Shown here: positions 1-10,246 of the stretch, one piece after another
Layout of the letters: every line of letters starts with the position of its first letter
Numbering within the stretch: the first letter of the stretch is position 1
Virus record (IMG/VR): IMGVR_UViG_3300020172_001601
Location: 248,001-312,000 of that record
Reading direction: 5' to 3' (one strand)
Length of the DNA: 64,000 bases
Notes under the pieces: generated by a model
Seen by the model: the letters and a program-made list of their open reading frames with translations, nothing else
Databases searched by the model: none
Told to the model about the DNA's origin: nothing
Made by a program: the position numbers and the translations under genes

Positions 1-302
1 TAGAAGCCGAACAACCAGTAACAAACCCTGCCGCCCCAATCCAGAAAGGCGTCGGATACTACCTGCGCCTTGCCGGACTACCCCAAGGTGTCGCCAAACA
101 CCCTGATGCCTATAAACTCATTGAGCAGGCATACAAGCAACTCCAAGCCCAAGGCAATCCAGAAGCCCATGAAGCCTATATCCGACTGCACGGCTATCTC
201 GATAGACAACAGGGCGGCAAACACTTCAATAACTTCTTTACGGACGTAACACAAGGCAAAGAAGCATACGTTCCACACTCTGAGTTCCAGCCAGTCCTTG
301 AT

Positions 303-1433
303 ATGTCACAACAACAAGACTGGATGAAAACAAGAGAACAATACCACGGCAACTTCGACAAGCATATCAAAACCAGCATCCCTACGTTCGGAGAACTACA
401 GGATAAGAAAGGCCATGCAATATCGACTGCCTTCAAAGACCAAGAACTCGATATGCTCGATATTGGTGGCTCTGAAGGATCATTCGCCCGCACCATCAGC
501 CATATGACTAATGGTCAAATAAAGACTGAAGTGCTGGACCCTAACGATGCCATGCACGACTTCTACCACAGCAAGGGACAAACCCCAGGCAGCACATATA
601 ACAAAGCCGCTTTCATGAAGGGCTGGATCAATGACGATGGCTCGAAAACGCCCGAACTCAATAGCGAGACAACAGATAAACGATATGATATTATCCACGA
701 GTCTATGGCATTCCAGTTCATGAGCAACCAACGTGATGCCCAAGTCGCCGAGGCCAAGGCATTACTCAAGCCAACTGGCATGTTCCTCACCGAACAAAAG
801 CTAAAGAACGATAATTGGGACGCCAATGAGAAGTTCAAAGACGAAAACCACAAGAACCTCTATTACAGCAATGAGGCACTGAAACAAAAAGAAAAGGTTG
901 TCGCCTTCGCTGCGGAAAAGAAGCCACAGTTTGCTCAAAATCAAGACGAAGAAGAAGCAGTCGGCATGGTGAATAACATGGTTCACCACAATGAATACGA
1001 ACAAACCCTTGCCAAACACTTCCAAATCGTGTATCAGTATTGGGATAGCGGGAACTTCAAAGGCTACGCAGCCAGCGATCAACCCGATATGGTCACAAAG
1101 TTCCTGCACGCATTGGGCAACGTCAGTAGTAAATTCTCAAACGTCCCGCTCCCAAGAAGAATAACGGTCGGAGAATCCATCATGCCATCCTTCAAAGAAT
1201 GGTCGAAACAACACAGCATCGAAGACGTGACCAACGGCATCCTCCCGCACCGGGACAAGCTGGAGAAAATGACCGGCCATGAGATCAAGAAGCTGTACGG
1301 GGATAAACTCGTACACGCCGCTCGTAAACTCGATATGGACCTCAGCGACGACGATATTGATGAAATCATCGACAAGGCATGTGGAATCGAAGAAATCGAG
1401 CCGCACCACAGCCACTACCATCTGCACACTTAA
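303..1433 (+). CDS. Class I SAM-dependent methyltransferase-like protein
   Basis: LDIGGSEG SAM-binding motif I; downstream YDIIHESMAFQF resembles motif IV. Confidence 0.65.
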   Translation: MSQQQDWMKTREQYHGNFDKHIKTSIPTFGELQDKKGHAISTAFKDQELDMLDIGGSEGSFARTISHMTNGQIKTEVLDPNDAMHDFYHSKGQTPGSTYNKAAFMKGWINDDGSKTPELNSETTDKRYDIIHESMAFQFMSNQRDAQVAEAKALLKPTGMFLTEQKLKNDNWDANEKFKDENHKNLYYSNEALKQKEKVVAFAAEKKPQFAQNQDEEEAVGMVNNMVHHNEYEQTLAKHFQIVYQYWDSGNFKGYAASDQPDMVTKFLHALGNVSSKFSNVPLPRRITVGESIMPSFKEWSKQHSIEDVTNGILPHRDKLEKMTGHEIKKLYGDKLVHAARKLDMDLSDDDIDEIIDKACGIEEIEPHHSHYHLHT

Positions 1434-1626
1434 AAGCTATCCTGATAGCCATTAAGCCCCTAAAAGACCGATAATAGCTATCCTGGTAGCTTTTATCGGT
1501 CTTCTTATTTTGCCTACTTTACTGATGATAAAATTGGCAAGTTATGATTTACAGAAACACCATTACAGTGGTAAAATGCCTTGGTCAACTTTTCGACACT
1601 CTCTGTCCCCCTTCTAGGACTGTCCC

Positions 1627-2004
1627 ATGCGATTGTTCACTGCCCTGATCGTTTCGTTGATTTTGTTCTCCACAGCCTCGACTGCTGAAGCTGGCAGAAA
1701 ACACAGATGCCAGCCCCGATGCGTCCAATATCGTCAGCCTGTTCATTGCCAACCAAGATGCGTCCAATATCGTCAGCCTGTTCATTGCCAGCCCCGATGC
1801 GTCCAGCCTCAGCCTCAGCCTCAGCCTCAGCCTATTTACGTCGATCCAATTCACTCAGAATCTCAAACCAAATACATCGCACAACCACAACTCAATCAGA
1901 ATATCATCGAGAACCCACAGCCTGCTTCTGTTCCTGATAAAGACAAGCCGTTTATGCAGCGGCCATCAGACTTTGGCAGAGTGCCATACAATCAGGGCGT
2001 TTGA
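1627..2004 (+). CDS. Secreted Cys/Gln/Pro-rich repeat protein
   Basis: Signal peptide ending AEA-G; HCQPRCVQYRQPV repeats; QP run. Confidence 0.7.
   Translation: MRLFTALIVSLILFSTASTAEAGRKHRCQPRCVQYRQPVHCQPRCVQYRQPVHCQPRCVQPQPQPQPQPIYVDPIHSESQTKYIAQPQLNQNIIENPQPASVPDKDKPFMQRPSDFGRVPYNQGV
1707..1833 (+). repeat. 39-bp coding tandem repeat (~2.5 copies) followed by (CAGCCT)5
   Basis: tgccagccccgatgcgtccaatatcgtcagcctgttcat repeated; cagcct run. Confidence 0.9.
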
Positions 2005-2033
2005 TTTACAGGCCGAAAATTTCGTGGTAGAAT
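2005..2033 (+). promoter_or_regulatory. Sigma70-type promoter TTTACA-N17-TAGAAT
   Basis: Same architecture recurs at 1548, 5617 (+) and 52360, 55346, 58234, 63775 (-). Confidence 0.7.
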
Positions 2034-2060
2034 GACTCGTCAGCTTGAAAGGAGCCTGCC

Positions 2061-2354
2061 ATGAACCGCCAAGAAGTTATTGCCCTGATGCAGACCAGCA
2101 GGGACGAAAACGAGTGGAATGCCAACTGTGATACCGTCAAGCAGAAATGCTACGGCTATCCAGGCTTCTGGTATGAAGCCATCATGCTCTCCGGCATCGC
2201 CAACAAGGTCCGCAATAGCTGGATGTCAACAGCCGTTCGTGGCAACCTTGCCGACATTATGCCAGCAGAAGTAGCTGGCAGCGTTCAATCAATCGAACTC
2301 CTGCCACCAACCGACGAAGAGATCGCCGAAATCAAAAGAGCCAACAATGGATAA
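2061..2354 (+). CDS. Hypothetical protein
   Basis: AGGAG RBS, ORF directly after promoter. Confidence 0.7.
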   Translation: MNRQEVIALMQTSRDENEWNANCDTVKQKCYGYPGFWYEAIMLSGIANKVRNSWMSTAVRGNLADIMPAEVAGSVQSIELLPPTDEEIAEIKRANNG

Positions 2355-2691
2355 TGGAAAAGATATTTCGCCCCGCAAGCCTTGGACTCATGAACAACTG
2401 CAAGAGTTGCTACCAAAGCTGAAGGCCGAAATCGCCCGTGAAGAAGCGGAAGACCCCAATATCCGTCCACTGCCGCCAATGACCGTGGATGAATGCAAGG
2501 ACTTCTTCTTCCGACTCAATGATATTGCCAGCCAGAGGCCATTCACCGCCGATGAATGCTGTATCATGGGCCAATTGCTTGCTGTATTCCAATATGCAGT
2601 CCGAGCCGAAACCCTGGGTCGCAAAGGTCGATACTTCGTCCTCAGTGAAGAAGACATTAACCGGATGATGCAAGAGCAAGGCGTGCAATGA
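2347..2691 (+). CDS. Hypothetical protein
   Basis: Overlapping, translationally coupled ORF. Confidence 0.65.
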   Translation: MDNGKDISPRKPWTHEQLQELLPKLKAEIAREEAEDPNIRPLPPMTVDECKDFFFRLNDIASQRPFTADECCIMGQLLAVFQYAVRAETLGRKGRYFVLSEEDINRMMQEQGVQ

Positions 2692-2984
2692 ACTTGGTAA
2701 AAGTCCAATATCGTCGTGTACACAACGACGCAAACGTATCCGACTGGAAAGATTGGCCAGACTTGGGTACGTTTGAATCATTGGACCAAGCCAAAGCCGC
2801 TGTGTCTCTCGAATTCCGTGGTTGCGCACTACAAGATGTATCGTTCGACCAAATAGGCGTCTATGAACCCATTGATTACCATCCTCGCTGGTGGCAAATG
2901 AGATTCCAGCCTACAAAAGATAGACTTCCTCGAACACTGAGCGAACGAGAAAGTCCTTGGAAGGTGGGACTCAATGAAGCGTAA
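2688..2984 (+). CDS. Hypothetical protein
   Basis: ATGA overlap with the upstream gene. Confidence 0.6.
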   Translation: MNLVKVQYRRVHNDANVSDWKDWPDLGTFESLDQAKAAVSLEFRGCALQDVSFDQIGVYEPIDYHPRWWQMRFQPTKDRLPRTLSERESPWKVGLNEA

Positions 2985-3183
2985 ACCCTATTGCCCCTGG
3001 TCAGGTTGCGGCAGACCTAATGGAGCCGCACCACCCTGTCCAGTCAAATGCAAACACTGCGGACATGGCACATACGACAAGCCATATACATTAACAAACT
3101 TCGACAAGGTTTGCCCTATGTGCAAACACTGCTTGTCGTGTGGCAGATTGAGTAAAAAAGAACATGACAAAGCCCAAGCCTGA
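2974..3183 (+). CDS. Small Cys-rich zinc-finger-like protein
   Basis: Several CxxC pairs. Confidence 0.55.
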   Translation: MKRKPYCPWSGCGRPNGAAPPCPVKCKHCGHGTYDKPYTLTNFDKVCPMCKHCLSCGRLSKKEHDKAQA

Positions 3184-4000
3184 TAAACCCTTCGTTGAAG
3201 GTCTGAGTATCGCTGGGCTTCTCAAAGAGCCAGAGCAACCAAAGCAAGAGAAAACAGCCAAGGATTTCTCACGCACTCCGGGATGGTTCGATTACAACAA
3301 AGAAATCCGTGACGATGAGGATGGCTGGATTTACCAGAAGCTACGCAATAACAAAAAGGGAAAGAAACTCCGTAAGTCCATGCAGCAGCTTCACCGTGGC
3401 TACAGCGGCGATGATAATATCTCGTTCTGGAAGCCAAAGCTGAATGACCTCGCCTTCTGCGAGGCCAAACGCTGGATGGCAGTTCAATATCAACAGAAGC
3501 AATTCCCCAAGATCACTGGCGTATTTGAAGACGTATTGAACAATACGCCCTTCTGTTGTATTCGCCTGACCGACTCTTCCCCAGGCTTCGAGTGGGTTGT
3601 CTTCCCGCACTACGAAGGCCATAATCGTGGCGTCTCGTGGGAATGGTGGGAAAGCAACCACAAACGAAGAAACAAAGAAGAACATCTCGAACGACCCAAT
3701 TGCCAACTCCGGCAGGATATTGGCGATGCTTGGTTCCACTACGAAGACCGATCACGCCAAATCCGTCAACGAGTAGGCTATTTCGAGCAACTGTTCCACA
3801 TGGCGCTCGAAAAGCGATACTCATATGAGTTCTATCGGGACCGTGACCGATTCCACTACAAAAAGAAACTAATCATCAATGGCCGGGAATACCTCATCGG
3901 TGAAACTAATGGTCGATCCTTCGGAGTAATCGCATATCCAGAAACCACCATCACCGAAATCGTTGAGCCAGGGCCACCACCACATCCAATCAAGGAATGA
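3164..4000 (+). CDS. Hypothetical protein
   Basis: 278-aa ORF in operon. Confidence 0.7.
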   Translation: MTKPKPDKPFVEGLSIAGLLKEPEQPKQEKTAKDFSRTPGWFDYNKEIRDDEDGWIYQKLRNNKKGKKLRKSMQQLHRGYSGDDNISFWKPKLNDLAFCEAKRWMAVQYQQKQFPKITGVFEDVLNNTPFCCIRLTDSSPGFEWVVFPHYEGHNRGVSWEWWESNHKRRNKEEHLERPNCQLRQDIGDAWFHYEDRSRQIRQRVGYFEQLFHMALEKRYSYEFYRDRDRFHYKKKLIINGREYLIGETNGRSFGVIAYPETTITEIVEPGPPPHPIKE

Positions 4001-4003
4001 TAT

Positions 4004-4426
4004 GTGGACGACCCACACCTATTGCCATCCAGACAACGACGAATTGTTTTCTTTTTCCTTGTGTCGTTTTTTGCCATTAAACATGGACTGCATATTGCCG
4101 TCCATGTATTCCAAATAAATGCCATCTTTGGTGTCTTAATTGGAATAGCAATGGCAGCGATCATGATATACACCTTCAAAAGCATTTTCGATAGAGCAGA
4201 CAGATCAGATCAACAAGCTGCATTTCTCGATGAACGCCTAGATGAAAGAAGACAACGCCTAGATGAAAGACTAAGGCGACTGCGTGATGAAATGAGTGAA
4301 GAACTCAGAAAACTAGAAGAACTCAATGCACGCAGACTTCAAGAAGAACAAATCGAAGAAGAACAAAAAATAAGCCCTTGGTATGTAGGATTGAATGATG
4401 ATCGCTCGCATCCTAAAGACCTCTGA
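4004..4426 (+). CDS. Membrane protein (2 TM plus coiled coil)
   Basis: Two hydrophobic segments, then an E/R-rich coil. Confidence 0.6.
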   Translation: MDDPHLLPSRQRRIVFFFLVSFFAIKHGLHIAVHVFQINAIFGVLIGIAMAAIMIYTFKSIFDRADRSDQQAAFLDERLDERRQRLDERLRRLRDEMSEELRKLEELNARRLQEEQIEEEQKISPWYVGLNDDRSHPKDL

Positions 4427-5138
4427 CCCTTACCTCAAGTTAATGGTCATATACAGCACCATCATCTATTTGCTCGAAATATCAACCGGGCAAAGAGATC
4501 ATGAGTTCTTCGTATGGTCACAGCGAATCATCGGAGTGGTATTCACCATCGAATACATCTTTCGATGGCTCGATGACATTAACGACAACAAAGGCTGGCA
4601 CTATCCACACTCGCCACTAGGCATCATTGATCTTATATCAATCATCCCATTCTGGGCGCAGTTCTTCGTGCCACCACAATATCTGCACCTTGTTCGCACT
4701 CTAAGAATATTTAGGTTGCTGAAGTTCTTCAGATACTCCCGAAGCCTCCAACTCGTTGCCCTTGGCTTCTATCGAGCAGCACCAGCACTCAAGCCACTTG
4801 TATTTTCACAAATCATTGTCGGCCTGTTCTGCACCGTGGCAGTCTTTGAAGTCGAATCTCCAGCACAACCAGAGAAATTCGGCACACTGTTCGACGCCGC
4901 TTATTTCACGATGGTTACTGTTGCTACAGTTGGATATGGTGATCTAAGTCCCATCACCCCGTTGGGAAGAATGATTGCCATGTTTACATTCGTGACGGCA
5001 TTGGCTATATTTGCAGGCATCTTGGGCGTACTCGGTTCCAGCTTCTTCAAGGTCATGGAAGAAGAAATTGATCCGACCATTGACCCTCTGGAAGAGTTCC
5101 ATAAAGAGAAAGAACGAAGATTGCTTCTGAAGAAATGA
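4395..5138 (+). CDS. 6TM voltage-gated-type potassium channel
   Basis: TVATVGYGD selectivity filter; S4-like RTLRIFRLLKFFRYSR; multiple TM helices. Confidence 0.92.
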   Translation: MMIARILKTSDPYLKLMVIYSTIIYLLEISTGQRDHEFFVWSQRIIGVVFTIEYIFRWLDDINDNKGWHYPHSPLGIIDLISIIPFWAQFFVPPQYLHLVRTLRIFRLLKFFRYSRSLQLVALGFYRAAPALKPLVFSQIIVGLFCTVAVFEVESPAQPEKFGTLFDAAYFTMVTVATVGYGDLSPITPLGRMIAMFTFVTALAIFAGILGVLGSSFFKVMEEEIDPTIDPLEEFHKEKERRLLLKK

Positions 5139-5224
5139 TCTGTCGCATCCCACTTGACTCTCATTGTCCCAGCCTGTAGACTTTACCCTGATTCACAACC
5201 TCGTTTCCATGAAAGGAACATCCA

Positions 5225-5560
5225 GTGAAGAATCTCTTTGTTTTGGGCATCGTCGCCCTCGCCGCAGCCGCTTTCTCCGCATCTAGCGCAGAAGCCGGTC
5301 ACAAGTCCCGTTGCTGCAAGCCAGCCCCGGTCGTTTGCTGCCCCGCTCCCGTAGTCGTTGTTTGTGAGCCAGCACCAGTTGCTTGCTGCCCAACCAACTG
5401 CTGTGAAGTGGCCTGCCGTCGCCCGGTCAGAAACTTGCTCCACAAGCTCAAGAGCCGTCGCTGTTGCTGTGTTGTCGCAACCTGTTGCAACACCAACACT
5501 ACCGGCGCAGCACCCGCCGAGCCGAAGACCGTTGTTATGCCAGCACCGGCATCCAACTAA
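5225..5560 (+). CDS. Secreted Cys-rich protein (planctomycete-style)
   Basis: Signal peptide ending AEAG; CC/PAP repeats; AGGA RBS before GTG. Confidence 0.7.
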   Translation: MKNLFVLGIVALAAAAFSASSAEAGHKSRCCKPAPVVCCPAPVVVVCEPAPVACCPTNCCEVACRRPVRNLLHKLKSRRCCCVVATCCNTNTTGAAPAEPKTVVMPAPASN

Positions 5561-5579
5561 GTCTTACGATGACAACGCT

Positions 5580-5616
5580 AAAGGCCAGCAAGGTAACACT
5601 TGCTGGCCTTTTTTTG
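5580..5616 (+). terminator. Intrinsic terminator
   Basis: aaggccagcaag...cttgctggcctt followed by T-run. Confidence 0.85.
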
Positions 5617-5645
5617 TTTACAGATGGTCAATATCGTGGTAGAAT
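5617..5645 (+). promoter_or_regulatory. Sigma70-type promoter TTTACA-N17-TAGAAT
   Basis: tttaca gatggtcaatatcgtgg tagaat. Confidence 0.7.
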
Positions 5646-5808
5646 ATTGGCGTCGGATTCAATTTTGTAGCCGCTTGCTGATGCCGACAATACTGCCAAC
5701 GAAGGACGACGGCTCGAACCCTTCCAAGCAAAGAAAGCCAAACAAGCAATCGAGCAATTGCCTTGTCTGATTTTCTTTGCTTGGAAGGGTTTTTTGTTGC
5801 TAGAGGTA

Positions 5809-6462
5809 ATGATGGAAACTTATTTCAGACACCAAACATCCCAGCCTGCCTATTGGGAATTGCAAACAAAGGTATTGGCGAGGGCTGAAAACATCGCCTT
5901 ATATCGACGCTTGAGCGGAAACTATTCAATCCCTCAAAATCGAGGATATTGGACTCTTTGTCATCGCCAGCCACCAGATTCCCCAGGCAGCGAAATCAAT
6001 CAGGTTTGTGATGCTGGACTCATCACTAAAGACCAATTCTTTGGCGTAGATCGAGACGACGACCCTGACTATCCCGAAATGATTGCTCAAAACGCAATAT
6101 GGCATCCTGAAGCAAATTGGTATAAGGGGGAATGGGTTGATGTGATTCAAGAACTCGATAATTTCAACCCCGCCCTGGTATATCTGGATACCACTAGCCT
6201 TTCTGGATATTCATTGGCCGCACAGCTTTTGGCCTCAACGATGTACCTGTGCCAAGTCAACACTTTGATATTGGCTAACGTCATGCTCAACAACCCACGC
6301 AGCAAAGAAAGATATAGCCCGTCTCAACTGGTAAGATTCTTAGAACGAATCGTTGCGCCCATCGAACTATCCAAATGGCGACCTGAAGTCGAAAACTTCA
6401 CATACAATGGCAGCGGTAAGACCAACATGATTACCTATGCTCTCTACAAGAAAGAAGCATAA
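5809..6462 (+). CDS. Hypothetical protein (possible divergent Rossmann/MTase-like fold)
   Basis: GAGG RBS before ATG at ~5809; FFGVD and LVYLD segments. Confidence 0.55.
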   Translation: MMETYFRHQTSQPAYWELQTKVLARAENIALYRRLSGNYSIPQNRGYWTLCHRQPPDSPGSEINQVCDAGLITKDQFFGVDRDDDPDYPEMIAQNAIWHPEANWYKGEWVDVIQELDNFNPALVYLDTTSLSGYSLAAQLLASTMYLCQVNTLILANVMLNNPRSKERYSPSQLVRFLERIVAPIELSKWRPEVENFTYNGSGKTNMITYALYKKEA

Positions 6463-8476
6463 CATGGACGACACACAATACATTGACGACGCTGGAAGAT
6501 ATAGAGTCTTTGGACACAACCCGAACTATGGACGATCAGAAAACATCTATCCAACCGAAAGTGTCATAAAGGCCATGTTCGGCTGGCAAAAAGACGCTTT
6601 CGAGATGGGAAAAGATGAACGATTTTTCTTGACCCAGGCGTTCTGTGGTAGTGGGAAATCCATTCTTCAAATCAATCTGGCTATCCACGATATTGTCTCC
6701 AGTGGATATAGACAGAAGCAGTTGTTCGTAGTTCCACAGGAGCATATTCACAAAGGATTTGTGGGCGATGGACTCGACCTGTTCATGAGAGTCCAACAGG
6801 GAGGCGTAGAATACAATTGGGCCATTCAACCACATCACAATTTCTGCCACGGTATCAGCCGCATTGAAAACCTCAAGAAGTGGTTACTCACGCCCCCTGA
6901 AAAGCTCGCCAAGGGATTCACCGGACAAGTTATTGGTGGACTAAATGCCGTTTGCTCTCATGCTGCACTGGCTCAAGCATGGAAGGAAATCAAGGCAGAA
7001 TACGGCAATGAAGGTCTAAACAAGATCATTCGCAATCTGACTCTAAGGGTCGATGAAGCACACCATATCAGTCTTGTATTCATGGAGGGCGAAGACCTCA
7101 CTTATGATGAATGGAAGGCCATTAAAAGTGAAATTACCGCTCTCGGCGACATCTGTACCTATATCGTGAATAGCCGTGTCCGGTCGTGCAAACTCCATCT
7201 CACAACTGCAACCATGTATCGGGGCGATTCTCGCATTGTTCTATCACTGGAGGTTCGAGCCAAATTTAAGCCATACTACTTGGATTGGATTAAGCATTTT
7301 GAATCTCTGAACATCAGAGAGTTTCTTCTTCAATATGAATTCTATGAGGAAAATCCCATTGACCTCATGGTGGCACGCATTCTTGCTGAACCCAATGAAA
7401 AACACTTCGTTGTTGTTCCAAGGTCTGGCAGCAAGTGGAGAAGTGAAGGCAACGAACATGAAGCTATATTTGACAAGCTCAATGGTAGTGGACTTCGGGT
7501 TCTTGATCTCGTCACCAAGACGACGCAAAAAAAGAACAAGAAACTATTGCTCGATGAACCTAAGTCTTTCAACCCTGATACGCCATCGAATTTCGATGTG
7601 GTCGTTGTCTGTAATTTAGGTCGAGAAGGAACAGATTGGTGTCCCTGTTCACGACTTCACAATTCATCTTGTGAGGCGTCTATCACCCTCGCAGTCCAAA
7701 CTGTTGGTAGGCCGTTTCGTCGCTATCAAGGCAAAGAAACAGTCAACATCTATCACTATGTCAAGAAGTTCGTGATGCCGAAGAAAGGCATCACCCTCAA
7801 AGAACTCCTTGGAGATCGAACCACTGCCATCCTCTACTGTATGCAAATAGAGGATTTGACGAATCCAATACTCATTATTGACGATTCGTTTGAACTGCCT
7901 GACCAAAATCCCAATCCGAAAGATACAGAAAACACAGAAGGCATAGAGCCAACTACAGCCCTAGTTCCTTTTCAGAATTACTTTGGGGATCAATACGAGA
8001 ATGTCATTCGAGCCGCATTACAAGGATATGAAAAACTGACTCAAGAGTTTGAAGATCGGCCCAAGTCCAAAGACGTTTATAACTTAATGGGCCAAATCTG
8101 TGATGAATTTGGAATCGACAAAGATCATGAATCTCGTGATAATATCCAATGGGCGCTTACAAGCCGTTTCATACGAATGGCATCACCACAAGCAAAACTT
8201 GATGGCGTCGATGTTGAATTCCTCCGACAAGCTGGCTTCAATGAAATTGACGTGAAGTATGAACTTGACCGATCCATTTACTTCAAGAACTGCTCCAAAG
8301 AAATCTGGCTCACTATCAGAACCATCATACATGGAGAGTGGCAAGAAAAGTTCGATCAAGTCAAAGCGATTGGATTGGAAAACATTATCAAACTACAAAC
8401 TCATCCTTTGTTTTGGTTCGTGAAGCATCAGTTGTATATTCATGGAAATAAACGACAGATTCATGGAAAGCAGTAA
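6437..8476 (+). CDS. Superfamily 2 helicase/ATPase (restriction Res-like)
   Basis: Walker A AFCGSGKS, DEAHH, TAT, GREGTD, QTVGRPFR motifs. Confidence 0.8.
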   Translation: MLSTRKKHNMDDTQYIDDAGRYRVFGHNPNYGRSENIYPTESVIKAMFGWQKDAFEMGKDERFFLTQAFCGSGKSILQINLAIHDIVSSGYRQKQLFVVPQEHIHKGFVGDGLDLFMRVQQGGVEYNWAIQPHHNFCHGISRIENLKKWLLTPPEKLAKGFTGQVIGGLNAVCSHAALAQAWKEIKAEYGNEGLNKIIRNLTLRVDEAHHISLVFMEGEDLTYDEWKAIKSEITALGDICTYIVNSRVRSCKLHLTTATMYRGDSRIVLSLEVRAKFKPYYLDWIKHFESLNIREFLLQYEFYEENPIDLMVARILAEPNEKHFVVVPRSGSKWRSEGNEHEAIFDKLNGSGLRVLDLVTKTTQKKNKKLLLDEPKSFNPDTPSNFDVVVVCNLGREGTDWCPCSRLHNSSCEASITLAVQTVGRPFRRYQGKETVNIYHYVKKFVMPKKGITLKELLGDRTTAILYCMQIEDLTNPILIIDDSFELPDQNPNPKDTENTEGIEPTTALVPFQNYFGDQYENVIRAALQGYEKLTQEFEDRPKSKDVYNLMGQICDEFGIDKDHESRDNIQWALTSRFIRMASPQAKLDGVDVEFLRQAGFNEIDVKYELDRSIYFKNCSKEIWLTIRTIIHGEWQEKFDQVKAIGLENIIKLQTHPLFWFVKHQLYIHGNKRQIHGKQ

Positions 8477-9386
8477 TATGTCAGAAGAAAAATCTATACG
8501 ACAGATTCAGGCCGATCTTTGGATGACAGTTCCAGGCTGGAAAGAACTACTTGATAAATGGAACAGCAGAAAATCTGACGAAGAGAGATGGGCAGAAGGC
8601 ATAGTCGAATTGAAAAGAATGGCAATTGCCGGTGAGCCACGCCCAAAAGAGAAAACGCCTCTCGGTCGCCTTCTTTATCATATTACAACCACAAAGTCAG
8701 CCGCTCAAGGCGGTGGGCCGTTTCCTGTTGCCCTAATTTTTCCAAATGCACACACAGAACTAATGGAACTAGCGCCTAAGTGGTTTAGAAAAAAGATCGG
8801 ACAAAAAAAACGAACATTTAACAATATGTCTGCCGAAGAGAAAGTTGCGGCTTTATGGGAAATAGCAAAGAAACAAAAAGCTGAAGCCGCTGCTATAGTT
8901 GAAGGCAAATATCAATATACCAGACCGCAAAGAACAGAAGAATTGGGGAATGCCTTAACCAATTACACTAACAAAAAGAATAAGGCTTATAGGTCTGATT
9001 TTGACGAAGCAATCAGAAAGTTCATTCCAGAATGGTTCCATCAATCCCGGAAGGAAAATAGAAGGACATTATGGGAGGCTCAAAAGAAAGAACTTCTGGA
9101 TATGGTCCGACGTGGAGAAAAGCAACCTTTTGTTAAGAAGAAAAACAGAAAGATTAAAGAAAACCAAGACCGCAAAGAAAGGGACTTGGCATTCGCTTTA
9201 CGAGACTTTACTCGAAAGGCTTTTCAAAAAAGAAATGGCGTCCTACAACAGAATCCTAAGTATGATCCCGATTTCACGAAGGAAATAATGGAGGAAAACA
9301 GAATCTATCAAGCAGGTTGGACATTTGGCTCTGATGAGCCAAATATCGAATTCACACCGAAACGAAAATATGCCACAGCGGGATAA
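8442..9386 (+). CDS. Basic protein with ~3 internal repeats (LGxxL...Y..F...P.WF)
   Basis: Repeated segments visible in the translation; coupled to the helicase. Confidence 0.55.
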   Translation: MEINDRFMESSNMSEEKSIRQIQADLWMTVPGWKELLDKWNSRKSDEERWAEGIVELKRMAIAGEPRPKEKTPLGRLLYHITTTKSAAQGGGPFPVALIFPNAHTELMELAPKWFRKKIGQKKRTFNNMSAEEKVAALWEIAKKQKAEAAAIVEGKYQYTRPQRTEELGNALTNYTNKKNKAYRSDFDEAIRKFIPEWFHQSRKENRRTLWEAQKKELLDMVRRGEKQPFVKKKNRKIKENQDRKERDLAFALRDFTRKAFQKRNGVLQQNPKYDPDFTKEIMEENRIYQAGWTFGSDEPNIEFTPKRKYATAG

Positions 9387-9421
9387 ACAAAAAGGCCAGC
9401 AAGAATATTGGCCTTGTTTGT

Positions 9422-10246
9422 TTATAACAACTTAACCATACGACCGTAATCCATCCTAAGCCCCGCAAATATCTTCATCATTTCAGGATGCTTAATTCGA
9501 CACATCAAGCCGACAAAGACAGGATGAAATAACTGAGCCTGTATCAGACCACGCCAAGGATCAAGCCGCATCCACTCAGGCATTCGCTCACCAATACGAT
9601 ACATCCCCAAATGTATCCCGTGCGTCATCCTCCATCTGTGCCTCCGAGATAGATCACTCGACTCCTTCACCCCAATCCCAGCCTTCACCAAATGATATAA
9701 CAGCCGCTCATTCGCCATCAATGGATTCGTGCCAGATACCTGCATCGAAACCGGCGAAGCTATGTAAGACTCAATCACCGGCCCCATCTTCTCAAAATAT
9801 GGCTCGACCTCAAAGAAATGCCAGCCAGTCATGCAATCTGAAAATATTCCCTCTCGTACCACATTGGAATATGGGAAGCCATCATCAGCACATGCCGCTA
9901 ACTCCTGCTCCAACCAAGTCGGCGTCTCCAGATAATGTAAGAAATCCACGTCGCCTAACCAAACATACTTGAAATCAGCAAAATAAGACTTGGGCAACAA
10001 CCAACGCTCATACATCCCGTCAGGATACCCAGGTAAACCCAATGGCTTCTTCTCAATAACGTCGAACCGAGTAAACCCACAAGATCGCAAATGCTCAAAA
10101 CACTCACCCACGCAGGCATTCAAAGGCTCCAATAAGATAAACCTAACAAATGCCTCTGGATATGCCTGCAATACAGAAAATACATGAATCGGCATGAAAT
10201 ACTGATACCAGCCCCAGACAAGATATAAACATACAGTGTCTCTCAC
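9422..10246 (-). CDS. GT-A fold glycosyltransferase-like protein
   Basis: YVWLGDVDF DxD motif. Confidence 0.5.
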   Translation of the reverse strand: MRDTVCLYLVWGWYQYFMPIHVFSVLQAYPEAFVRFILLEPLNACVGECFEHLRSCGFTRFDVIEKKPLGLPGYPDGMYERWLLPKSYFADFKYVWLGDVDFLHYLETPTWLEQELAACADDGFPYSNVVREGIFSDCMTGWHFFEVEPYFEKMGPVIESYIASPVSMQVSGTNPLMANERLLYHLVKAGIGVKESSDLSRRHRWRMTHGIHLGMYRIGERMPEWMRLDPWRGLIQAQLFHPVFVGLMCRIKHPEMMKIFAGLRMDYGRMVKLL

